From Laetmonice hystrix (lineage: Eukaryota), in contig OZ249438.1 of NCBI GenBank assembly GCA_965235115.1, forward strand, positions 26,102,001 through 26,166,000: 64,000 nucleotides of DNA, written 5' to 3'. The position numbers were made by a program, and so were the translations under genes. Below the pieces are notes generated by a model. It did no database searches. It was given only the letters and a program-made list of their open reading frames with translations, and was not told the DNA's origin. This document shows positions 1 to 12,313 of the stretch, one piece after another. Positions within the stretch are counted from its first letter, which is position 1. Every line of letters begins with the position of its first letter.

Positions 1-334
1 GATAACAAACTGCACTTCCCCCTTCTCAAGTGTAATATAATTCTCTTCCCATTTAGAATGCTGAGGCAAGTTATGACTTCAGTAGCAATGATCCTTACCC
101 ATACCCTCGGTACACTGACGACTGGTTTAATAGGTAAGTCCAAGTTAGGCAAGTTATGACTTCAGTAGGAATGATCCTTGCTGCATAGGACCCTAAATAA
201 GATTTGAGTTTATATCAAGTTGAGATGGAGTTTCATAATGAATTGATTTGACATTTGCTTGCAGCCACGGCACGCGTTGTGCAGGTGAAATTGCTGCCAA
301 GAGAGACAATAAGATATGTGGCCTTGGTGTCGCA

Positions 335-602
335 TATGGTTCAAAGATTGCAGGCAAGTATTATCATATGGTTCAAAGATTGCAGGCAAGTATTATCATA
401 TGGATCAAAGATTGCAGGCAAGTATTATCATATGGTTCCAAGATTGCGGGCAAGTATTATCATATGGTTCCAAGATTGCAGGCAAGTATATTATCATATG
501 GTTCAAAGATTGCGGGCAACTATTATCATATGGTTCCAAGATTGCAGGCAAGTATTATCATATATAGTATATGGTTCCAAGATTGCAGGCAAGTATTATC
601 AT
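335..602. repeat. 32-bp tandem repeat (TATGGTTCAAAGATTGCAGGCAAGTATTATCA), about 8 copies, PCSK2 intron
   Basis: Unit starts at 335, 367 and so on; some copies carry 2-bp insertions. It explains the repetitive ORFs 248-784, 255-644 and 316-567. Confidence 0.95.
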
Positions 603-805
603 ATACATACAACATGCCACTCCGTACAGCCAGCTTACATTTAATTACGGCCTTTTCAATCAATAATAGAAAGTTGAGTGATGCAATTATTAAAATTGAA
701 ATAGCTTCATTTCAATATGCGACTGTTGTTATTTTGGGTGTGTGCTCTAGTCCCCATAATACGCTTTGTTTGGCCAAATGCTGACTGGGTTGTGGTTTTG
801 CCCAG

Positions 806-3800
806 GTCTGCGGATGTTAGACCAGCCGTACATGACTGACCTGATTGAGGCCAACTCCATGGGACACAAGCCGGAGAAGATCGACATCTACAGCGCTTCC
901 TGGGGACCGACAGACGACGGCAAGACGGTCGACGGGCCCCGTAACGCCACAATGTACGCCATCGTCAAAGGCGTCAACGAGGTGGGTTGGAGTTGCAGTT
1001 TAAAGTGGCACCCCAAATTCCTCAAATACTTAATTTTGAACCTTTAAACCCGAAAGTATTTTAAAAATGGAATGACAAAATATATCTCCGCTGTCCTCCT
1101 GGCTTCCACTCCGCCTCCGCTGCCATATTTGGACATAATCCATGATCTAAAGTTTTATAAATAGATTACCGCTAGATCCCGGCCCGCGCTGGCTTCAGAA
1201 AATAGCGGTCGGGCCAAACGTTTTAAAAATAATCGCTTATCACTCGAACCTGAAATTTTAACTCTCTGTCACTGGGGGTCAAAGGTAAGTATTTAAGGAA
1301 TTTGGGGTGCCACTTTACCCGGGGAAACCTTCGACCCTACAGTTACAGCAGGTAGCTAACAGACCTTGTAACATGCGGCTCAACACGGGATTCGAACCCA
1401 GAGGTGAGAGGCTGTGTGATCACGAGCCGTGGTCTTACAGCACTGATCCTCCGCGGCCCCCCACCGAGCTTGGTGGTGGTAACATGCTCTTGGCGGGCAG
1501 ATGTTACAAAACTAATTAATTGCGCTCTGGGAGACCAATACTTGGTGACCCTAATTACTCTAGGTGAGATTAAATTACATTGAAACTGTTACCTGTTTTG
1601 TAATCACTGACACTGACGTTCTAATGATAGATTGCATGCAGTCCACTCCCGATTGTGCGAGTGGATCTTATCATATCTAATTCAAAATCACAAAGACCAT
1701 AGAATGAGAAAAATGGCACAGCTCCATATGCATGCGCAGATGGTATACCCAATGGTGATGATTATGATGACGATGGTGATGATGGCGATGATGACGTATG
1801 ATGATGTATATTCACCGGTTTCAGGGTCGCGGAGGTCTGGGCTCCATCTACGTGTGGGCGTCCGGTGACGGTGGTCCTGACGACGATTGTAACTGTGACG
1901 GGTACGCGGCATCCATGTGGACAATCTCTATCAACTCGGCCACCAATGACGGACAGACGGCCGGCTACGACGAGTCCTGCTCGTCAACCCTCGCCTCAAC
2001 CTTCAGTAACGGCAAGAGCGGCTACCAGGACGCTGGTGTGGTCAGTACCAGTCACACTCATAAGCAAGGGTTGGTTTCAGCGGGGTAGTTGATGTTTCAG
2101 CGGGATAGTTGATGTTTCAGTGGGACAGTTGATGTTTCAGCGGGATAGTTGATGTTTCAGCGGGACAGTTGATGTTTCAGCGGGACAGTTGATGTTTCAG
2201 CGGGACAGTTGATGTTTCAGCGGGACAGTTGATGTTTCAGTGGGACAGTTGATGTTTCAGCGGGACAGTTGATGTTTCAGTGGGACAGTTGATGTTTCAG
2301 TGGGACAGTTGATGTTTCAGCGGGGTAGTTGATGTTTCAGTGAGGCAGTTGATGTTTCAGTGGGACAGTTGAGGTTTCAGCGGGACAGTTGAGGTTTCAG
2401 TGGGACAGTTGGGGTTTTAGCAGGACAGTTAAGAGGGTTTTAATGGATACGCCACCATTGCTATGACATCAATTTTAATAGATTTTGGATTTCTAGGGCA
2501 GGGGCCCATGACACTTAATTAAAAATGCATGGTCTATAATGTACCAGTAGGCTACTTCCCTGATCTAAGTATTCATTGTCTGTGTTCATTCTCCAGGCGA
2601 CCACCGACCTGTACGGGGAATGTACGACCCGTCACTCGGGTACGTCCGCCGCCGCCCCCGAGGCCGCAGGAGTGTTCGCCCTCGCCTTGGAGGCAAAGTA
2701 CGTATTCAATGTCCACAAGACCGTACATGTACTCGTGGTCTCAACTGAGGGTTCGTGCCACAGTCCGATCAGATTTAAAAATCAGCTGCCCGATTCAGCA
2801 CCTTCTCTTTTCTTTTTGTCAGCTTCCCCATGCTTTATATGCTTTATTATGGGTCCTTCTTGAAAGGACCCACCGGAAGGTCATATTAGACCTAACCAGA
2901 CTTCCCAAAATCAAGGACGAAATCTAAGGAATCTCCATTAGGGACTATTAAAGAGCAACTGCGAGATGATAGGAGTTCCAATGATCATGGGCGTCACCAG
3001 GGACCTCACTGGACGAAGGGGGAGACGATAGAATACCCAAACCTGAAATGTCTCAACAGGTAGTTTTGTTTTTTTCCTCCAGCCGTAAACTAACTTGGCG
3101 TGACATGCAGCACCTGACGGTACTGACCTCGAAGAGGAACCACCTGTACGACCCGCACGGCGAACACAACTGGACCATCAACGGCGCCGGCCTAGAGTTC
3201 AACCATCTCTTCGGCTACGGCGTGCTCGACGCTGGCGACATGGTCGACCTGGCCCGCAACTGGAAGTCTGTGCCAAACCGCTTCCACTGCAGCGCCGGCA
3301 GCGTCACCAATAAATTGTGAGTGAAGGTCCATGGTTATTTGGATACAGGCAACCGTTGTCATCTTGAATTATCTGCTTTCAGCCGGCATATAACTGGCAG
3401 GATCAGGGTCTCTGGTTTCGAATGTCTGTTTGGCCTTAAGAACCTTTGTCTCGTACCTACTTGCCACAGATCGATGGCTATCACCCGGTAGTCCATGCAT
3501 TTTCGTCTACTGGTTACACGGACCCTCCTATGACATTTGCCGTTGTTTAGGGATAAAAATATATGTTCTTGGTCTTTTGACGGAGAGACCTTTTACGTCT
3601 GGGGCCCTGCCTACAGAAAGACGGCTCGTAATTCAGTAAGTTCTGAGTGCGGCCGTTTGTGGATATTGACCGATGACTTGTTGCTGTTACAGTGAGTTCT
3701 CCACGCGTCAGTCGATCATCCTGACCATCGACACGGACGCGTGCAGTGGCCAGGAGAACCAGGTGAACTACCTGGAGCACGTGCAGAGCTTCATCACACT

Positions 3801-4665
3801 GAAGGCCTCCCGGAGAGGCGACGTCACGCTGTATCTGCTGTCGCCCATGAATACAACGTGAGTACATGTACATAGGATTACGGTTGGAAGAGCTGGGAAT
3901 GGGTCAAAAGGTGCCGCGGCCCAGGAGCCGATCAAGGATTTGGAAAGTTCAATATGATCAGTTGGTACCATGGGGGGGGGGAGCTGGATCGACCTATGAA
4001 GCCTACATATTGGCCTCTTTCAATTATTGCGTCTCGGTGAGTCGACGTTAGTTGCCGAGCCACATGTAGTAGAGTATACGGAGGCCTAACATGACCCCCT
4101 AAGTATTGTTGATTTCATCTGTTAAAACCTTATTTTCTAAGAATTCTTAACTCCAACAGAGACTAGTATGGGATATCAGGGGCGGATCCAGAATTTTGGT
4201 AAGGGATGGGTTTAAAGGGGAGAATTTGCTTGTTCAAATTTAAATAGTTCAATGGAGAAAAAGAAAAACTGGCTGTGGGGAGATAACCCCCCCCCCCCCA
4301 ACCCCCCACTTGGATCTGCCACTGGATATGTAGGGGGTAAATTGCACACTAAGAGTTCGCCTTGGGTTACTTGTAGATCAATGATCTTATCCAAGAGACC
4401 TAACGACAACGATGGCACCGACGGTTTCACCAAGTGGCCCTTCATGACGACCCACGCGTGGGCCGAGAACCCGCGAGGTACCTGGAAGCTCTTCGTCATC
4501 TTCGACTCGGACGAACCACAGGAGGGCACGATCTTCGAGTGGACCCTGCTCCTACACGGTATGCAGACGTCGCCCTACACTGGCCAGCCCGTACAAGTCG
4601 ACAAGCATTCCAAGCTGGCCGTTGTGAAACGCGAACACGAAAAGGGCGCCAACTTCCGCTTTTAG
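806..4665 (+). CDS. PCSK2: Prohormone convertase 2 (neuroendocrine convertase 2), 3' part; 5' exons lie upstream of the window
   Basis: Phase-consistent GT-AG exons 806-981, 1825-2040, 2597-2697, 3083-3316, 3693-3857, 4377-4665(TAG). The translation has the subtilase motifs [19 protein letters not shown] and [13 protein letters not shown] (catalytic Ser), VWASGDGG with the PC2-specific Asp at the oxyanion position, and a P-domain RRGD. Confidence 0.96.
1004..1314. mobile_element. Non-autonomous TIR element, Kolobok-like
   Basis: 29-bp TIR AGTGGCACCCCAAATTCCTCAAATACTTA with a 28/29 match at the right end; flanked by TTAA (left) and TTAC (right). Confidence 0.75.
1335..1458 (-). mobile_element. 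tRNA-derived SINE head (fragment)
   Basis: The minus strand reads GGCCGCGGAGGATCAGTGCTGTAAG (A-box-like) then GGGTTCGAATCCC (B-box). There is no cloverleaf 3' end, so it is not a tRNA gene. Confidence 0.6.
2069..2430. repeat. 20-bp minisatellite (GTTGATGTTTCAGYGGGAYA), about 18 copies, PCSK2 intron
   Basis: Directly visible 20-bp periodicity starting about 28 bp after the donor at 2041. Confidence 0.95.
4177..4324. mobile_element. MITE with CAGGGGCGGATCC / GGATCTGCCACTG termini and 5-bp TSD (GATAT)
   Basis: Imperfect TIRs; GATAT at 4172-4176 and 4325-4329; internal poly-C tract. Confidence 0.75.
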
Positions 4666-5131
4666 AGCTCTAGCGGGGGTCTGATTGGCGGAGGGAGAAA
4701 CAACAAGAGACAAGAGAGAGAAAGAAGATCATGCCATGTACACAGCCATCGAGTCACCACCAGGTTGTACGAAGTTCATCCTCTTCTGGTCTCCCCTCGA
4801 ACCTGAGACTCTCAGACGATTTGATGTATGATTTTAATCTCAGCTTTACGATCAGCCGGATAGGTATAGGTCTGAAATATCCTAAATGAATCCCACCGCT
4901 TGGGATAAACTTGTCCCAAAATAAAACAACTGTTGAGAATTCGTCATGAGCTCACATGGTGTATAGCCTTTTCAAAGATAACTTATCTATGAGCTCAGAT
5001 CATGCCAAGAGTGCAGTTAAGATAATTAATTACGAACTTACATCCCATGATCATGTAGGCCTATTCGATAACTTTAGGTAATGAGCTCAATGGGCCTAAT
5101 TAACGCATGTACTTAAAGACAACTTCCTTAT

Positions 5132-5468
5132 GAGCTCAGACAACACCTGTTGTATTTAAAGATAACGTATTGATGAGCTCAGACAACACTTGTTGTATTT
5201 AAAGATAACGTATTGATGAGCTCAGACAACACCTGTTGTATTTAAAGATAACGTATTGATGAGCTCAGACAACACCTGTTTTATTTAAAGATAACGTATT
5301 GATGAGCTCAGACAACACCTGTTTTATTTAAAGATAACGTATTGATGAGCTCAGACAACACCTGTTGTATTTAAAGATAACGTATTGATGAGCTCAGACA
5401 ACACCTGTTTTATTTAAAGATAACGTATTGATGAGCTCAGATCAGAGCTGGTGTACTTAAAGATAACC
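5132..5468. repeat. 43-bp tandem repeat (ATGAGCTCAGACAACACCTGTTGTATTTAAAGATAACGTATTG), about 7.5 copies, downstream of PCSK2
   Basis: Near-identical units are visible; diverged ATGAGCTC-anchored units also occur at about 4947-5130. Confidence 0.95.
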
Positions 5469-5989
5469 TATAAATCTATGGGGATGGCATGGGTATAGAG
5501 GCCTAAATCTATAAGTCTGATAAGCGCGATTGAAAGCATACATTGAGTAGGCCTATGGCGGTACAAAATCCACAGACGTGTTTACCGGACAACAAACAAA
5601 AAGAAAGGGATGAACAGCGCATAATAAATAGTACCATATATTCTCAAGTATACTTATATTGTTCATAACGCCGTTGCAGTAACAAAAAAACACACCCAAG
5701 GTTTGCCTTTTCGGCAAAATCGGTCAGAAATACACGTAAGTGTTACAGAGTAAAGGTGTGGGGACGCCAAATGAAGCGTTGACGGATCAGACCATTGTGA
5801 GAGAAGCGCTTGGTCTAGTGATATCAGATGTTCAGATGAAGGTGATCGTGTCTTTAGTTAATTTCCACACCTGTTCTTTCTGTAATTCAAGTATTTCCAC
5901 CCTGGAATGACATTTGGTAAAGGCTGGTGAGTCCTACTTCCACCGGTACAGTGAACTGTCGATCATAAAATCTTGTACGTCAGAAATAT

Positions 5990-6250
5990 CCAAACAGCTA
6001 TCCAGATATTGGTATGAAGACTCGATAGAGTGACAGGATTTTGGAGACCATCTATTATATTACTGAAGTAATCCTTTATAGTCGTTCGTCCTCCGGTTTC
6101 CCCAATATTCACGCAACCCACGTGATAATATGCATCAAGTTCGTGACAGTGTATAACGTTGTTTACAACAGTCAATGTGAACGCATAGGTATATTCCCTA
6201 ACGTGTCTGTCCCCTTTGACTAAACATTGTACTTTTGAGCCACCGTACAC
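5990..6250 (-). mobile_element. Possible decayed Penelope-like GIY-YIG endonuclease remnant
   Basis: Minus-strand translation FTLTVVNNVIHC...NIGETGGRTTIKDYFSNI resembles the Penelope endonuclease pattern (NVIY-C..C..YIGET.R.L..RF.EH). The match is degenerate and was made by eye. Confidence 0.35.
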
Positions 6251-6690
6251 ATAGATAACAAGATTGAGGTGTAGCGGTTAACATCGTCCTTTGAAAGATG
6301 GAGGAATTTATATCAGACAGATCTTCATGCCTATATATCCTTTCCAGAGCACAATTCTCTTATCGGCGAATGCATTTATCTCATTTATGTCACAGACAAT
6401 CTGACAGGTTAATATAGGGTATAATAATTTTGACATGTTCCAAACCAAAGATTCAGATATATTTGAAAGGCACAGTGGGCCTAGACCACGGCTTCGACAG
6501 CTATTATAAATGACAACTGTCAAGAAATTCGAAGTTGGTGTGAAGAGGCTATAACCCAGACTTTTGGACGTAAAGAACTTTTAAAAGTATTTTCTGTACA
6601 TTGCAGACTGAGGCGAGGGTTTAAACAAAGACATCATCCCCTAGTGAGGTGTGGAAAGGGGCCCCATGACCCCTACTGCTAAGAGCCCAT

Positions 6691-6867
6691 CCCAGTTCGT
6701 AAAAGCTTGAGATCCTACTTTAAGCTTTAAGCTTTAATTAAGCTTAACGCTTCTGATGAGCTGGTCTAATCAGACCAGACAATCAGACCAGACAATCAGA
6801 CCAGACAATCAGAAGCGTTAAGCTTAAGCTAAAGCTTGAGCAAGATCTTAAGTTTTTACGAACTGGG
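6691..6867. mobile_element. Palindromic MITE with internal 13-bp repeat
   Basis: TIR CCCAGTTCGTAAAAGCTTGAGATC vs its right-end counterpart (22/24); inner perfect inverted pair TTAAGCTTAACGCTTCTGAT; core (AATCAGACCAGAC)x3. Confidence 0.8.
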
Positions 6868-8974
6868 CCCTGCAGGAGCCTATAGCTACCCCGTATGACC
6901 ATTGCAACTCTATGAATGTCATAATTTTTGCAGAAAGCTTCTTTGTTGTTAAGGATGAACTTCTTAATACGAGTCCTTAATGAATGAGTGCGGCTAAAAA
7001 ACGTGATATTGTTAGTCCCTTGTTAGGCCTATACGTACCTAAAGCTGTGTATTATATATCCTATTATGCTATGCGTTTGCGTTAAAAGGGTTGATGTATG
7101 GTCTACACAGTTATACTCTCGTTAGTTCCCGTATTATGCCTAATAATATATGAATGTTAAGATGTTACGAATATTCTGTTTGCCAAATCCGAATACAGCA
7201 TCCGATCAAACCTGGCAAGTTCCATCACTAAGTACATCGTTGCCCCTTGTGCACCACCAAACTGCTAGTATCATTCCCCCAGGTTATGGGAATAAGAAAG
7301 TTATAAAAAAACACCCACAGATATAATAAAATGTACATGGTGGTCATCACAGACTCTGGTGTCAAGAGATCGCTGGAAACTTTCTCCCCTTGACGGGGAA
7401 GAAGTATAAGCGCAAAAGGGCTTAGAAGCAATGTATATTGCGGTGTGCATGTGATAGGAAGAAAGTGTGCGTGCGGTGGGACTTTCGACGGCCTGCTTCT
7501 GGGAGTCGATGTGTGGTAATTGTGGCTTCTCTCAGAGTCCAGCACTGTCGCTGGTTGTGGCTTCTCTCAGAATCCAGCAGTCGGGACAATACATATCGAC
7601 ACCACGGGGGATACGTGTACTAAGTGTGCTTTCATGCGGCCCCAGTCTGGTAATTGCAATGCCGAGATCGGGCACAGAGTATGTGCTGACCACTACGACC
7701 ACAAAGAATCCATCTGCACCTGGTTATATATTTGTGTATATATATATGTTATTGCAAATACAAATTTTGAAAAAGAGAAGAAACCCCCTTAAATTCCTTC
7801 TTCTATGTTATTATACTTTCCTCTCGGATAGGTGTCTGTGTCATCGTAAAATCAAAAGCACGATAAGAACTAAATAGTGCATGCATCTACATCTACCCAC
7901 CGAATATTTGATCCCATGACTTTTAAATAATTATGGTCATCGGTCCTATACTGTAGCGCACCCCAACGTTTGTGATCGGAACTACTCCGTGCAAACGAAA
8001 ACCATGCTCTGAACGGCCACCTGGTGGTAATATTACTTATTATTAGGCCACACTCGGCGAGATATTCATTTTCCCACTATCCTCCTATATTCCATATTTA
8101 TCCTTTTCTAAAGCATTCCGACTCCTGCCGTATAAGACCCGATACAATGTATAGAGGCGGATCCAGGTTTGTGCCAACATTGGAGGGGGGGGGGGGGTAC
8201 CAAGAGAGGGGTTGCGGGTGCCGTGGGGTGTTGCATATGTTTGGTTTGCACCTTTCAAGCAGAAAAAAATTGCTTCGTAACTTCGTTTCGATATCTAGAA
8301 ACCCGATTTCAAACATTCTTGCAAATTTCAACCAGAGAATGCCCTTCGTCGATATTCGATTTCTCTTCTTCCACCTTTTTGGAGGAATGAGTTTAGGCTA
8401 CATAGAGAAATATTGAAAGGATTTAAGGTGTAGAGACACACCGACCCAGGGCGACTAGAGCGTCAATAATTGACTCAATAGTAAGTCCGATGTATAATTG
8501 ATGAAAGTGGCAGTAAGAGCAGTTCTCTCTCAGGACGAGTGACGGTCCCAACTGTTCGCCACACGTCACTCCGTGAACATTCTCAGTTCGGAGAAGTTTC
8601 AAGTCTCTACTGACCGGCCGAGTGCCTCCCTCGGCGACTGCACTCCACTGCTTGCCAAATTAACTAGCCGTCTTAATAGGACCAATCTTCTGCTAATTCG
8701 ACATAAGCCTAAGCACGATTGTGGAATTCAGCCAAGTGTATACGTTTGCCATAACACTAATGTTCGGATTTCAACCTATATCAGACATCCTATACCAGTA
8801 ACCGGCAAACGCTAGTATAGGCTAGATGTCGACTTGGAGAACAAGATATGTACATGAGCCGACAAACTCTTCATCCCTCAGGTTACTGATTATTTGGAAG
8901 TGACTGTCACCAGGAGATATACAAGGTATGTGAGGGAAAGGATTGATATAGAGTGGTGTTATACATCGTAAACT

Positions 8975-9808
8975 ATGCCGGTTACGAAACCACCGAGCCA
9001 GGAAGGTGGACGGTCCACAGAACAGAACAGAGACAGCGCCGCATTGCCACCCCTGGCTGGCCCCCACCCCCCAACACCCCTCAAGGGGCCGGAGCCCGCG
9101 TCCTTACCCGATATTGTCCCATCAGGGGTGATCGGATCAAAGAGCGAGCGACCTTCCAAGAAACGTCTACCAAGTCCTGTGCATGACGCAGTCAACATTT
9201 CACATAGTTCCCAACCATCTAAAGGTTCTACAAGACTACCAACCATTGAGAAACAACATTCCATATCTGTGCCAGCCTTTCGTCCCAAGGACCATACTGT
9301 CAAACGAACCACCTCCTTGCCGTCTGAGAACCTGAGAGCTGAACTCTGCCGGACGCCCTCATGTCCTTCCCTCTGGCCGTGCACTGACCCAGAGGACATT
9401 GCTGGCCATCTTCAAGCAGAAAAAGTACTCAAAGGAGACATTGGTTCCCCTAGTTACATAGCGCGAGCGACCCGAGATTTGGCGGATAGCAACTCCTCTG
9501 TCCGGCTACCGCAGATATTCGGTCGGACCCCAAGGACGATCGGGACTACAAAGCAGGATCCTCCCCACAAAGGTTCCAGTAGCACAGTGACGCCCAAACT
9601 AGTAACCTTGAGGACATCCACCAGCCAGAAAGACCTGCTAACTTTGACAGCGTTTCCCCCACCCAAGGAGGACAACCTGGCCCAGGACACCTCTGCTGCG
9701 GGTCAGAGAACAAACCAATTCCTACTTCCGTTAAGGAATATGGGGATTTATCTAAAACGTGCTAAAAGCAGGAAAGCTATGGTAGCGACGGCGGGAGGAC
9801 CTCCGGTT

Positions 9809-9845
<37 letters not shown>

Positions 9846-10207
9846 CGAGTGATGGCACGAGTGGTGGCGACTCGGGGGTGTCTGTAAGCGTGAGGCGCAG
9901 CGACCGGTCCGACTCGTCGGCCGCCAATGACGGCTCGGAGCCAGGAGGTTGCTGCGAGGTAGAGGTTGAGATGGACGATGAGACGGGAGGAGGTGACTTG
10001 TACCCCGGGCGGCCCCGGGAGGAGGACGGAGTAGACGCCGGGGGGAGGGAAGGAACCACAGCTGACACTGCCGGTGACGGTCAGACGTCAACCTTATCAG
10101 CTGAGAAATGTAGGGAATGGTTGGAAACGGCAGACGAGGAGGGCAGGACTAAGACTCAAAGTTCTTCCACGAACAGTGGTTTCTTTAAAATGCCGAAAAT
10201 TGTTTGA
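8975..10207 (+). CDS. Intronless 410-aa low-complexity, probably disordered protein of unknown family, with a polyQ tract
   Basis: 1233-bp ORF with an in-frame TAA two codons upstream of the ATG. It is S/P/T/K/R-rich with an acidic C-terminal third and (CAG)11 at 9812-9844, and is much more GC-rich than its flanks. No domain recognised. Confidence 0.65.
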
Positions 10208-10889
10208 CGGTCAGTTTTCCTCTAAATGTATAATGTAACGGCATACGGAGAAATTCGAGCGACCCATGTAGGGTGCAATATTGTAGCCAGAAAATGTTTT
10301 AATGTCATCAAATGACGTTTAGTGCCCGTGTGTTGGGCGGGTGGTCGTTTGTTGCAAGTGTTGAGAGTGAGATGTTGAAAGATTGGAAGATGATGATTGT
10401 GCGCGGTAGCGTTGGTTTGGTAAGTATATTAAAGGGAATAGAAAAGTTCCTCACTAACGTACCTTTGAACACCAGTAACACCATATAAAGTGTCTAAGGT
10501 CACACCGATAAGTGGAACACTGTCAACGGCGACTTTTTAAAAATACCGCCCGGGTCATTCGCTATTTCCCACGCGAGACAGCGGGAGCTATATCTATTAA
10601 TAGATTGAGATAAGGGCCAAATATGGTAAACAAACGGACGAAGCCAGCGGGAGAATGTCTCTACATTTCGGTTGATTATTCCTTTATTAAAGATCAGATA
10701 ATCACAGAATTGTAGGTAAGAACAAGCTTGTTCATGCTGAACACCCTTATATTGATAGTTTGAACTTTTCTATTCCCTTTAAGTCGTTCTCCACCGTAAT
10801 GTTATTTTGAAGGGAAGCTAGCGTATCTATTGGAGAGCTCTCTCCCTATTGTCGAGAGGTATAGTCACATGAATACTCCCAAACACAAG

Positions 10890-11270
10890 GAAATGATGTT
10901 ATGATCCAAGTAACCACGTTTATTCCATCTCCTAGATGAGGAGCGGAATTGTTTCTGATTCAAGTAGCTGGCCCCTGCATTCACAGGTTTCAGGTATCTC
11001 AAGGCGCGCACGTCACTCCCTCGATTTCTTGGACCGTAGACGGGGCCCGTTTTATAGGTCCCGGTGTGGCCGGCCCGGAAGAACTTATTTATTGACGTCA
11101 CTTTCATCCAATCAGGTGGATGGGTGTGTGTGTCGGACAGTCCGTGGTCAGTGCTCTGCCCCGCTGTGTGTCTGGGCATGTTCCCCCTCGCCTGTGGGCG
11201 GGATCGGCCAGCACCCTGTGTGTGTATGGCAATGTGTGACCCTACACACCTGTTTAGTTATGTTGACAAT
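10890..11270 (-). promoter_or_regulatory. Pol II promoter cassette or solo-LTR-like segment (boundaries uncertain)
   Basis: In minus-strand order: CCAAT box (11108-11112), perfect CRE TGACGTCA (11093-11100), TATAAAA (11056-11050), AATAAA (10924-10919), then ..ATCATAACA. No clean TSD was found. Confidence 0.5.
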
Positions 11271-12313
11271 TAATTTAAGGTTCATGCCCTGAAAAGGTAT
11301 ACATGACGTTGTATATTATTCCCATGTAAACATAACTGCATAATTGCCTAGTGGCTACTAATTGCCTAGCGTCTACGAAGTATATCAGTCCACTCCGCGG
11401 ACATTATATTGCCATGGATCATTTTGTCGTTAATAATTAACAATTATTGTTCGTTTTTAAAACCTAACCGCGCCCTTAAAGGGACTTCGGGAAACCGTTG
11501 GCACAGTTCTAACAATTTCTCTATACCTGTTTGCATTTGAATTATCTAAAATACGTTTCCCTATTTATTGCTTAAAAATAATATTATTGTTTCAAATAGC
11601 ATTTCTATTTACATAGCGAAAAAACGATTGTCATACTTCATTGTAAGCACATTGGGTCCAATGAAGTCATGTCATTGCAATTAATAGATGCGAGTTTTCT
11701 TGTATTTTTCTGCCGGTTTAACTCAGACTCGCTGATGTTTTATTGAAATGTTTTGGGTTGAGTACCTGGTCGATTAAACTGGTTTTGCAGAATTTCCTTC
11801 AAACAAGACGCAATTCAAACAGCCTCCTTTGTTCCACAGAGACTGCCATAGGTCATGTAAATGAGTCACATGGTTGCATACAGTTGTCATGACGAGTACT
11901 TTCAATAATATTATTCGGATATACATTATAAATGTTTTTCAGTTTGTCCCCCTGGGATGTTGGCACACAGCAAACTGAACCAGGTCATCAACTTTCATGA
12001 AATTAAGTAAATAATTTACACAGTGTCTATAATCAAAAAAGGGTCGGTTTTATCGACACATGGAGTCCAGTCCCCGTGGGAATGTGATACTGGATCGTCG
12101 TGCTCGTGTTTGTGTGTGCCTGACGATGAGTACGCCGGGTTCATAGATCGACCGAGCAGTTATTCTCGAGTGGTGACATTCTCAGGGGTTTATGGCAGGG
12201 ATAATAAGTTTTGGGGGCCGGGATTGGGGACTGGGATTAGGGATTCTGGGTATTAATAAATTTTTAGTTCTTTCCCCATATTTCATGGCGATGTTACGAT
12301 GGAAGATCACTTC

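Noticed and set aside
248-784. Repetitive ORFs in several frames
   Set aside because: Artefacts of the 32-bp intronic tandem repeat.
1335-1458. Possible tRNA gene
   Set aside because: A and B boxes are present but there is no acceptor-stem pairing or normal tRNA 3' end, so it was treated as a SINE head.
10865-11179. 104-aa minus-strand ORF that reads like a real protein
   Set aside because: It overlaps exactly the CCAAT/CRE/TATA/AATAAA cassette, and no family or splice context was recognised; a regulatory or LTR reading is simpler.
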